This document shows, piece by piece, positions 1-12,943 of a DNA stretch of 12,943 bases. The notes under the pieces were generated by a model, which was given only the letters and a program-made list of their open reading frames with translations, was not told the origin of the DNA and did not search any database. The stretch lies in contig JBBQEB010000111.1 of assembly GCA_038320275.1 (NCBI GenBank), positions 1 through 12,943 of the forward strand, read 5' to 3'. The translations under genes and the position numbers were made by a program. Source of the stretch: Myxococcales bacterium (GTDB taxonomy: Bacteria > Myxococcota > Myxococcia > Myxococcales > Anaeromyxobacteraceae). Each line of letters starts with the position of its first letter. The stretch's first letter is position 1.

Positions 1-192
1 CTGCCGCCCATCGAGACGGAGCTCCCGGCGGAGAGCGGCGAGGCGGGCCAGGTGGTGCCGGTGTCGCTGCGCGCGCACGTGACGGAGATCGGCACCCTGG
101 AGCTGGAGGCGGTCGACGCGAAGGGACGGGCCTGGAAGGTCGAGCTCAACGTCCGCGGCGGGGAGCCGGCGCTGGCCGCTGCCGCGTCGTGA
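1..192 (+). CDS. Partial (5'-truncated) Hsp70/DnaK-related protein, C-terminal ~63 aa
   Basis: Not in the ORF track. Frame 1 is open from base 1 to TGA 190-192 and reads LPPIETELPAESGEAGQVVPVSLRAHVTEIGTLELEAVDAKGRAWKVELNVRGGEPALAAAAS*. It aligns by eye with the segment of the next ORF encoded at 1779-1940 (LPPVETVL...VPVRLRAALSDIGTMEVFCVA...RWKLEFGLRG). Its stop overlaps the next start (GTGA at 189-192). Confidence 0.85.
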   Translation: MPPIETELPAESGEAGQVVPVSLRAHVTEIGTLELEAVDAKGRAWKVELNVRGGEPALAAAAS

Positions 193-2927
193 CCCTCTCG
201 CCTCCGCGCTCGCGGTTCGTGGTCGGGATCGACCTCGGCACGGTCCACACGGCGCTGGCCTACGTCGACCTCGCCAGCGACGGCGAAGCGGCGGATGGCG
301 TGCAGGTGCTCGACATCCCCCAGCTCGTCGCACCTGGCGAGGTCGCCCTTCGCTGGCTTCTTCCCTCCTGCGCCTATCTCCCAGGCGAGCACGAGCTCCC
401 GGAGTCGGAGCGCCACCTTCCCTGGGGCACCCCGCCGGTGGTGGTGGGTGAGCTCGCGCGTGCGCAGGGGGCCCGCGTACCAGGGCGGCTCGTCGCCTCC
501 GCCAAGAGCTGGCTCAGCCACCCCCGCGTCGATCGCACCGCCGAGATCCTGCCCTGGGGCGCGCCGGAGGGCGTCCCCCGCATCTCTCCGGTGGCCGCCT
601 CGGCGCTCTATCTCTCGCACCTCCGCGAGGCCTGGCACGCCCGCTTCCCGGGCGACCCGCTGGAGAGGCAGGAGATCGTGCTCACCGTGCCGGCCTCCTT
701 CGACGAGGTGGCGCGGGAGCTCACGCTCCGGGCGGCCCGGGAAGCTGGGCTCCCCGAGGTTCGTCTGCTGGAGGAGCCCCAGGCGGCCTTCTACGACTTC
801 GCCTCGCGCCACCGGGCCGACCTCGCCGGCGCGCTGGGCGGGGCGCGGCTCGTGCTCGTCTGCGACGTGGGCGGCGGGACCACCGACTTCACGCTCATCC
901 AGGCAGAAGTGAAGGGCGGCGCGCCCGAGCTGCTGAGGGTCGCCGTCGGCGACCATCTGCTCCTGGGCGGAGACAACGTCGACGTGGCGCTCGCGCGGAC
1001 GGTGGAGGCACGCCTCGGCGCGCGCCTCGACGCGGCGGGGTGGAGCGTGCTCGTCCAGGCCTGCCGCGGGGCCAAGGAGAAGCTGCTCACCCGCGGCGGC
1101 CCGGAGCGCGTCGCGGTGGCCATCCCCGGGCGCGGGAGCCGGCTCGTGGGTGGAACGCTCTCGGCGGAGCTGAAGCGCGACGAGGTGCTCGCGCTCCTCC
1201 TCGACGGCTTCTTTCCCCGCGTGGCGGCCGATGCCGTCCCCGCTGAACGCGGTCGCGGAGCCCTCCTCGAGCTGGGGCTGCCGTACGAGGCCGACCCGGC
1301 CGTCACACGCCACGCCCTCGCTTTCCTGCGCGACCACGGAGCGGAGGTGAGCGGCGCGCCCGCCGCCATCCTCCTCAATGGAGGCGTGTTCACGCCCGAG
1401 GAGGTGCGGCAGCGCATGGTGGAGGTGGTCTCGGCCTGGGCGCCGGGAGGCGCTCCGGTACGGCTTCTCGACGCCGACCGGCTCGATGTCGCGGTGGCGC
1501 GCGGGGCGGCCGCCTTCGGCCTGGTGCGGCGGGGGCTGGGGCTGCGCATCGGAGGGGGGGCGGCCCGGAGCTACTACGTCGGGGTGGAGGCGGAGGGCGG
1601 CGCGCCGAGGGCCCTCTGCCTCGTCCCGCGCCACATGGAGGAAGGCACCGAGGTGGAGGTGCCGAGGACCTTCGCCCTCGTGCTCGACCGCCCGGTGCGC
1701 TTTGCGCTCTACGCCAGCTCGCGGCCCCGCTTCGACCGCCCGGGCGATCTGGTGGAGGTGGACGGCGGGTTCCAGGCGCTCCCCCCCGTGGAGACCGTGC
1801 TGCGCGCGCCGCGGGACGGCGGGAAGGCCGAGGTGCCGGTGCGGCTTCGCGCCGCCCTCTCCGACATCGGGACGATGGAGGTCTTCTGCGTCGCCGAGGA
1901 CCGCGACGCGCGCTGGAAGCTCGAGTTCGGTCTGCGCGGGGATGCCGCCTCCGAGCCCCGGAGCGAGCTCGCCGCCCTGCCCCGGCGCTTCCCCGAGGCG
2001 CGCGCGCTGGTGGAGCTCTTCTACGGAAAGAAGCCGGCCCCGGTGGACAGGCGCGAGGTGAAGGGGCTCGCCCGCGCGCTGGAGAAGGCGCTCGGGGCGC
2101 GCGAGGGCTGGCCGGTCGCGCTCCTGCGGGAGCTGTGGGCGGCCCTGCACGCGGGCCAGGCGCGGCGGAGGCGCAGCGCCGATCACGAGCGGCAGTGGCT
2201 CTCGCTCACCGGCTACGCGCTGCGCCCGGGCTTCGGCGCGCCGCTCGACGCCTGGCGCGCCGCCGAGACCTTCGCCATCTTCGACGGCGGCGTGCAGTTC
2301 CAGGCCGAGCCGCACGTCTGGCAGGCCTGGTGGATCCTGTGGAGGCGCATCGCGGGCGGCCTCGACGAGGGGGCGCAGCGGCGCGTGTTCGACGCGGTCG
2401 CCCCCTTCCTCGCGCCCGCCGACCCGCGCCGGCCGCGCCCCAAGGTGGCGGGCGTCAAGGAGGAGGCGGTGGACGAGATGATCCGCCTCGGCGCCAGCCT
2501 GGAGCGGGTGGACGCGGCCCGCAAGCACGCCGCCGGCGAGGCGATCCTCCAGCGCTTCGCGCACGAGGGCCCGGCGCCCCATCTCCTCTGGGCGGTGGGG
2601 CGCCTGGGCGCCCGCGTCCCCTTCCACGGCAGCGGCCACACCTGCGTCGCGCCGGAGGTGGCGGAGGCCTGGCTCGAGCGGCTCGTCGCCTCCCCCGCCC
2701 CCCGCGCTGCGCTGGCGTTCCCGGTGGCCCAGCTCGCGCGCATGTCGGGCGACCGCGCGCGCGACCTCTCGCCCGAGGCCCGCGACCTCGCCGCGAGGGT
2801 GCTCTCGTCCGCGGGGGCGCCTCCGAGCATGGTGCGCTCGATCGAGGAGCCGGTCGCCCTGGAAGCCGCCGACGAGCGGCGCATCTTCGGCGAGGTGCTC
2901 CCCGCGGGCCTGCGGCTCATCGGCTGA
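189..2927 (+). CDS. Atypical Hsp70 (DnaK-related) family protein with C-terminal DUF3731-like helical domain, 912 aa
   Basis: Actin/Hsp70 ATPase motifs are present: VVGIDLGTVH, LTVPASFD, LLEEPQAAFY, VCDVGGGTTD, LLLGGDNVD, LLNGGVF, VAVARGAA. The C-terminal W/R-rich region (HERQWLSLTGYALRPGFGAPLDAWR, WWILWRRIAGGL, WAVGRLGARVPFHG, LARMSGDRARDL, IFGEVLPAGLRL) resembles the DUF3731 'DnaK-related' family as I recall it. The GTG start is coupled to the upstream stop. Confidence 0.9.
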   Translation: MTLSPPRSRFVVGIDLGTVHTALAYVDLASDGEAADGVQVLDIPQLVAPGEVALRWLLPSCAYLPGEHELPESERHLPWGTPPVVVGELARAQGARVPGRLVASAKSWLSHPRVDRTAEILPWGAPEGVPRISPVAASALYLSHLREAWHARFPGDPLERQEIVLTVPASFDEVARELTLRAAREAGLPEVRLLEEPQAAFYDFASRHRADLAGALGGARLVLVCDVGGGTTDFTLIQAEVKGGAPELLRVAVGDHLLLGGDNVDVALARTVEARLGARLDAAGWSVLVQACRGAKEKLLTRGGPERVAVAIPGRGSRLVGGTLSAELKRDEVLALLLDGFFPRVAADAVPAERGRGALLELGLPYEADPAVTRHALAFLRDHGAEVSGAPAAILLNGGVFTPEEVRQRMVEVVSAWAPGGAPVRLLDADRLDVAVARGAAAFGLVRRGLGLRIGGGAARSYYVGVEAEGGAPRALCLVPRHMEEGTEVEVPRTFALVLDRPVRFALYASSRPRFDRPGDLVEVDGGFQALPPVETVLRAPRDGGKAEVPVRLRAALSDIGTMEVFCVAEDRDARWKLEFGLRGDAASEPRSELAALPRRFPEARALVELFYGKKPAPVDRREVKGLARALEKALGAREGWPVALLRELWAALHAGQARRRRSADHERQWLSLTGYALRPGFGAPLDAWRAAETFAIFDGGVQFQAEPHVWQAWWILWRRIAGGLDEGAQRRVFDAVAPFLAPADPRRPRPKVAGVKEEAVDEMIRLGASLERVDAARKHAAGEAILQRFAHEGPAPHLLWAVGRLGARVPFHGSGHTCVAPEVAEAWLERLVASPAPRAALAFPVAQLARMSGDRARDLSPEARDLAARVLSSAGAPPSMVRSIEEPVALEAADERRIFGEVLPAGLRLIG

Positions 2928-3030
2928 GATCAGCGGTGAGACCGCCGGACGGGCGACGGCTCCGCCCCGGAGGTAAAGGAGGGTGCCGCGGCACAGCAGG
3001 GTGAAGGGACCCGGCGGCGCTCGCGGCCGT

Positions 3031-3035
3031 GAGGT
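3031..3035 (+). promoter_or_regulatory. Probable ribosome-binding site (GAGGT) for ATG 3041
   Basis: GAGGT lies 5 nt before ATG 3041. An in-frame TGA at 3002-3004 limits upstream extension. Confidence 0.6.
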
Positions 3036-3040
3036 CACCG

Positions 3041-8840
<5,800 letters not shown>

Positions 8841-8843
8841 GGA

Positions 8844-8878
8844 GAGCGGCAGGCGAGACCCTGGAGCGGCTGCCGCTC
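8844..8878. terminator. Inverted repeat between convergent genes (possible bidirectional terminator or stabilising hairpin)
   Basis: GAGCGGCAG (8844-8852) and CTGCCGCTC (8870-8878) form a perfect 9-bp stem with a 17-nt loop. There is no U-tract on either side, so it is not a classical intrinsic terminator. Confidence 0.4.
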
Positions 8879-11075
8879 ACCCGCGGGCCCGGCCCTCACC
8901 CGACGCGGGCAGCGCGATCTCGAAGGTGGTCCCGTGTCCCTCCTCCGAGCGGACCGAGATGCTCCCTCCGTGCGCGATCACGATCTGGTTCACGATGTAG
9001 AGCCCGAGCCCGACGCCGCCCCACTGCGAGCCAGCGGCATCGCCGCGCTTGAAGGGCTCGAACATGCGATCGACGAGCCGCTTTTCGATGGGCGGCCCGT
9101 CGTTGTGCACCGCGATGCGCTTGTCCGCGGCCTCGCCGCGCCAGACGAGCGACACCGGCGACCCTGGGGCACCGTAGCGCGCGGCGTTGGTGAGGAGGTT
9201 CGTCACCACCTGCTCGATGCGGTCGGGATCCCAATCGCCCGAGCCGTCGCCCTCGGAGCAGTAGTCGAAGACGGTGTCAGGGTGCGCCGCGCGCACGTCC
9301 TCCAGCGCCTCCCGGCAGATGGGCTCGAGCTCGCAGGGCCGCCGCTGGATGGGGATGCCCTCCCCCAGCCTGGCCCGCGAGTAGTCGAGGAGGTCGCGGA
9401 TGAGCCGCGACATGCGGGCGGCGCCGCTCGCCACGCGATCCAGCGCGCGCCGATGGCGCTCGGGAAGCGCAGGGTCGCGGAGCACCATGGCGGCCGAGGC
9501 CGAGAGGGCCGTCAGCGGGGTTCGCAGGTCGTGCCCCACGATCCCCAGCAGATGCGCCTGCACCTCCTGCGTGCGCCGCCGCTCGGTGACGTCGCGGAGG
9601 TAGACGCTCAGCCCGTCGTCGTGCGGGAAGGCCCGCACCTCGAACCAGCGCTCGCCCGCGAGCTGCACCTCCACCGTGGCCGGGGAGCGCTGCCGCGCCG
9701 CCTGCTTCAGCTCGGCCTCGATGGCGCCGCCGGCCAGCTCCGTGGCGCGCAGCCCCATGCGCTTGCCGAGGAGATCCTGCCGGGAGACCCCGATGGCGCG
9801 CTCCAGCGGGCCGTTCGCGTAGACGAAGCGCCAGTCGCGGTCCACCGCGAAGAACGCGTCGGAGATGGTCTCGAGGATGGCCGCGTTGCGGGCGTAGGCC
9901 TCGCGGGAGCGGCTCTCGTCGGCCATGGCCTTGCGCCGGACCTGCGCCCGGACGCGCGCGCGCAGGACCTCGAGGCCGGTGGCTGCGGAGATCCACTCGT
10001 CCGCGCCAGCCCTGAGGCCCCGCAGCTTGGCCTCCGGATCGTCGGACGCGCTCAGCAGGAGCACCGGGACGTCCCGGTGGGCGGGGTCCCCGCGGAGGGC
10101 AGCGCAGGTCTCGAGCGCCGCGGCCAGGCTGACGACCTCCACCAGGATGGAGTCGACCGCGTCCACCGCCAGGAGCTCCACCGCCTCGCCCAGCGAGGGC
10201 GCGAGGACGACGTCGTACCCGTCTTCCCGGAGCGCCTCGACGACCTCGAGCACCGCCTCGGGGCGCGCGATGGCGAGGATGCGCCGGGGCGCGAACATGC
10301 CGTCGCCGGGCGCGGCGAACGCGGCTGGGGCGCTCCGCACCAGGACTTTCAGCCGCGCCAGGAGCGCCGGGATGCCATCCGCCTCCCCCACGCAGGCGTC
10401 GGCGCCAGCCTCCAGCCCCTCCACCTCGGTCCCTCCCCGCGCCAGGGCGAGCAGGCAGGGCAGCGCGCGGAGCACCGCGTCGGCCCGGAGCTGCCGCGCG
10501 AACGTGGGGCCATCGAGCGCGGGCCCGCAAGCGACCACCACGGCGGCCGGCCGTCCCTCCGCCGCCGCGCGCAGCCCGTCCTCGCCGGACCCCGCTTCCT
10601 CCACCGACATGCCTGCCTGCTCGATGGCGCTGCGCAGCGCCTCCACTCCGGATCCTTCGCCCACCAGCAGCACCGGCGAGCTGGTCGCGTCCCTGGCGCG
10701 GAGCACCTCCGTGCGGCGCACGAGCTGGCGCGCGCGGGCGATGACGTGGGCGGGATCGTACGGTTTTCCCACGTACTCGTCGGCGCCGGTGTGAAGCCCG
10801 CGCACCCGGTGCTGCACCTCCGCCTCGGTGGAGAGCAGGACCACCGGGGTGCGACCATGGCGGGACGACCGCTTCAGCTCGACCAGGAGCTCGAGCCCGT
10901 CGCCGTCCGGCAGCAGGACGTCCAGCACCACCAGCCCGAACGAGCGACGTTCCAGCGCCTCCCGCGCGCCGGCGAGATCTGCGCGGAGCTCCGTCTGGAA
11001 GCCGGCCTCCGCGAAGGCCTCCGCGAGGTCCATGCGGACGGTGAGGCTGTCGTCGACGATGAGGACGGCGCTCAC
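8877..11075 (-). CDS. Hybrid response regulator/sensor histidine kinase: REC - pseudoREC - pseudoREC - PAS - HisKA - HATPase_c, 732 aa
   Basis: The likely start is GTG 11075, which overlaps the cheB stop (GTGA) and has GGGAG 7 nt upstream. REC1 reads VLIVDD...VVLD52VLLPDGDG...GADEYVGKPYD. The PAS reads ISDAFFAVDRDWRFVYAN...YLRDVTERRR. Kinase boxes are H box VGHDLRTPL, N box EQVVTNLLTNAARYG, G1 VHNDGPPI, F box MFEPF and G2 GVGLGLYI. Confidence 0.92.
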   Translation of the reverse strand: MSAVLIVDDSLTVRMDLAEAFAEAGFQTELRADLAGAREALERRSFGLVVLDVLLPDGDGLELLVELKRSSRHGRTPVVLLSTEAEVQHRVRGLHTGADEYVGKPYDPAHVIARARQLVRRTEVLRARDATSSPVLLVGEGSGVEALRSAIEQAGMSVEEAGSGEDGLRAAAEGRPAAVVVACGPALDGPTFARQLRADAVLRALPCLLALARGGTEVEGLEAGADACVGEADGIPALLARLKVLVRSAPAAFAAPGDGMFAPRRILAIARPEAVLEVVEALREDGYDVVLAPSLGEAVELLAVDAVDSILVEVVSLAAALETCAALRGDPAHRDVPVLLLSASDDPEAKLRGLRAGADEWISAATGLEVLRARVRAQVRRKAMADESRSREAYARNAAILETISDAFFAVDRDWRFVYANGPLERAIGVSRQDLLGKRMGLRATELAGGAIEAELKQAARQRSPATVEVQLAGERWFEVRAFPHDDGLSVYLRDVTERRRTQEVQAHLLGIVGHDLRTPLTALSASAAMVLRDPALPERHRRALDRVASGAARMSRLIRDLLDYSRARLGEGIPIQRRPCELEPICREALEDVRAAHPDTVFDYCSEGDGSGDWDPDRIEQVVTNLLTNAARYGAPGSPVSLVWRGEAADKRIAVHNDGPPIEKRLVDRMFEPFKRGDAAGSQWGGVGLGLYIVNQIVIAHGGSISVRSEEGHGTTFEIALPASGEGRARG

Positions 11076-12163
11076 GCCGCGCTCCCGGCCGTCCCGGCCA
11101 CCAGAGCTGGCCCGATGTCGGTCACGCCCAGGATCTGCTCCGCCGCTCCGAGCTGGATGGCCTCGCGAGGCATGCCGAAGACCACCGAGCTGGCCTCGTC
11201 CTGGGCGATGGTCGATCCGCCCGATCCGCGGATGGCGAGGAGCCCGCTCGCTCCGTCGCGACCCATGCCGGTGAGGAGGCATCCGAGCGCGGAAGGCCCG
11301 GCCGCGGCCGCCACCGACTCGAAGAGCGTGTCCACCGAGGGTCGGCAGCTGTGCCGCTCCGGCGCGCTGGTGAGCCTGAGCACGTCGCCCGCAAGCACGA
11401 GGTGCCTCCCGGGGGGCGCCATGAGCACCGTTGCGTCGCGGGGGCGGGACAGCCGCTCGCCCTCGCGCGCGTAGCGCACCCGCACAGGCGACTGACCGTC
11501 GAGCCACTCCGCGAACGCCGTCCCGAAGGGCTCGTTGATGTGCACCACCAGCAGGATGGGCGCCGGGAAGTCCCGCGGCAGGGCCCGCAGGATCTGGACC
11601 ACCGCCCCCGGAGCTCCGGTGGACCCTCCGATGGCGACCAGCCGCGCCCGGCCGCCCCGGAGCGGAGGACTCGGCGCGGCATCCGGTCGGCCCGGCGCAC
11701 CCTGCGGAGGGACCGCCTTGCGGCCGTATACCGCGAGGCGCGCGCGCGGATGCGTGATGACCTTGATGCGCGACACGAGTCTCACCGCCGCCTGCAGCCG
11801 CTCCTCCCAGCCGGCGTGCGGCTCCGTGGCCCCGGGCTTGTCGAGCACGTCGATGGCTCCCGCAGCGAGCGCGTCGTAGGTGCGGAAGAGCTCGCCCCGG
11901 TTGGTGGATGCCGAGACCACCAGGATGGGCGTGGGGCAGTAGGCCATGATGTGCTCCACCGCCTCCAGCCCGGTCATGACCGGCATCATCATGTCCATGG
12001 TCACCACCTGCGGGCGCAGCCGCGCGCAGGCCTCGACCGCTTCCCGGCCGTTCTCGGCCTCGGCCACCACCTCCAGCGCGGGGTCCTCTCCGAGCACCTC
12101 GGCGAGGCGCTTTCGCACCGTCAAGGAGTCGTCCGCCACCAGCACGCGGATGCGATCGCTCAT
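11072..12163 (-). CDS. cheB: Chemotaxis response regulator protein-glutamate methylesterase (REC + CheB), 363 aa
   Basis: The N-terminal REC reads VLVADD...VVTMDMMMP...VLDKP. Methylesterase triad motifs are IGGSTGAP (Ser), VVHINEPF (His) and LLTGMGRDGA (Asp), with CRPSVDTLFES and QDEASSVVFGMPREAI also present. The start overlaps the cheA stop (ATGA at 12160-12163). Confidence 0.95.
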   Translation of the reverse strand: MSDRIRVLVADDSLTVRKRLAEVLGEDPALEVVAEAENGREAVEACARLRPQVVTMDMMMPVMTGLEAVEHIMAYCPTPILVVSASTNRGELFRTYDALAAGAIDVLDKPGATEPHAGWEERLQAAVRLVSRIKVITHPRARLAVYGRKAVPPQGAPGRPDAAPSPPLRGGRARLVAIGGSTGAPGAVVQILRALPRDFPAPILLVVHINEPFGTAFAEWLDGQSPVRVRYAREGERLSRPRDATVLMAPPGRHLVLAGDVLRLTSAPERHSCRPSVDTLFESVAAAAGPSALGCLLTGMGRDGASGLLAIRGSGGSTIAQDEASSVVFGMPREAIQLGAAEQILGVTDIGPALVAGTAGSAA

Positions 12164-12942
12164 CCGAGAAGCTCCTCGATCGCCCCGAGCAGGCGGCCCT
12201 GGTCGAACTCACCCTTGACGATGTAAGCGCTGGCTCCCGCGTCCACCCCCCGCTTCAGATCTTCCGGGGCATTGCGCGAGGAGACGAGGATCGCGGGCAC
12301 GGACGCGAAGCGGGGATCGGCGCGGGTCGTCCGCACGAACTCGAAGCCGTCCATTCCGGGCATCTCCACGTCCACCACGAACACGCCGAACCGCCGGGCG
12401 CTGGCGCGCTCCAGCCCCTCCTCGGCGGAGGTGGCGACCTCCACCTCGTACCCGGCCGATTCGAGGATGCTCTGCTCCAGCATGCGGGTGGTGAGCGAGT
12501 CGTCGATGACGAGCAGCGGGGGCCGCACCCGCGCGTGGGGCTCCTGCTGCGCTCCCGCCACCGCCGAGGCCGCTGCCAGGAGCCCCGCCGGATCGAGCAC
12601 GAGCTCAGGGTTGCCCTCGTCGTCGATGGAGGCGCCCGCGATCGCCGGTGAGGCCCCGACGAAATCGGGCAGCGGCCTCACCACCACCTCCGAGGCGCCC
12701 AGCAGCCGATCCGCTCCCACCGCGACGAGATGCCCCGCCGATTCGACCACCACCGCCGACCAGAAGCGCCGCGCCGTGGGCTGGCCTTCTCGCCCCAGCA
12801 CGCGCAGCAGCGGCACGAACGGGATGACCTCCCCCTCGAAGTCGATTCCAGCGCCGCCGGGCGCGCGCGCCACCTGGCCGGGCTCGAGGTACAGCGAGCG
12901 GCGCACCGCGGAGAGCGGCACCGCTGCGATGGTGCCCTCCGA
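12160..12942 (-). CDS. cheA: Partial (5'-truncated) hybrid CheA-type histidine kinase: CheW-like (P5) domain + C-terminal receiver (WspE-like)
   Basis: The frame stays open to the window edge (SEGTIAAVPLSAVRR...). The CheW-like segment is VAVGADRLLGASEVVVRPLP...IAGASIDDEGNPELVLDP. The REC is VIDDSLTTRMLEQSILESAGY...VVDVEMPGMDG...LVSS...AYIVKGEFDQ. It lies directly upstream of cheB. The kinase core is outside the window. Confidence 0.88.
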   Translation of the reverse strand, partial: SEGTIAAVPLSAVRRSLYLEPGQVARAPGGAGIDFEGEVIPFVPLLRVLGREGQPTARRFWSAVVVESAGHLVAVGADRLLGASEVVVRPLPDFVGASPAIAGASIDDEGNPELVLDPAGLLAAASAVAGAQQEPHARVRPPLLVIDDSLTTRMLEQSILESAGYEVEVATSAEEGLERASARRFGVFVVDVEMPGMDGFEFVRTTRADPRFASVPAILVSSRNAPEDLKRGVDAGASAYIVKGEFDQGRLLGAIEELLG

Positions 12943-12943
12943 C

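Noticed and set aside
1551..1790. G7 (1554-1560) and C7 (1781-1787) homopolymer runs as phase-variation sites
   Set aside because: The runs are short, the reading frame is intact, and such runs are expected at this GC content.
2928..3040. Possible lysine riboswitch upstream of an HCS-containing unit (AAAGG...GCCG resemblance)
   Set aside because: The gap is only 113 bp, shorter than the ~170-nt aptamer, and the other conserved elements are not evident.
9090..9115. Non-canonical G1 box (VHNDGPPI instead of DxGxGI) in the histidine kinase
   Set aside because: HNxGxxI is a common variant in this kinase subfamily and is not evidence of inactivation.
8934..11474. 846-aa + strand ORF and other short ORFs overlapping the called genes
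   Set aside because: These are antisense or alternative-frame shadows without domain motifs.
11076..12212. N-terminal 379-aa extension of the 8877..12212 ORF (apparent 1111-aa protein)
   Set aside because: It is an off-frame shadow of cheB. The real protein most likely begins at GTG 11075, where the REC domain, SD and GTGA coupling coincide.

Overview
This is a very GC-rich bacterial window; a myxobacterial/deltaproteobacterial origin is my inference from gene content. It holds two convergent gene blocks. On the + strand are the 3' end of an Hsp70-like gene, a coupled paralogous Hsp70-like gene with a DUF3731-type tail (189-2927), and an apparent two-gene unit. That unit is a ~1553-aa multidomain protein (3041-7702) overlapping a Thermus/fungal-type homocitrate synthase (HCS, 7683-8840). 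On the - strand is the distal end of an alternative-function (Wsp-like) chemosensory operon: partial CheA (CheW+REC), CheB, and a REC-REC-REC-PAS histidine kinase. The most interesting element is the giant-protein/HCS pair. The giant protein joins an acyl-CoA-synthetase-like adenylation domain apparently lacking its A10 lysine, a helical region, a degenerate protein-kinase-like domain and a C-terminal GNAT. Its partner HCS has Gly at both acidic positions that mediate lysine feedback inhibition, and no other lysine-pathway genes are adjacent.
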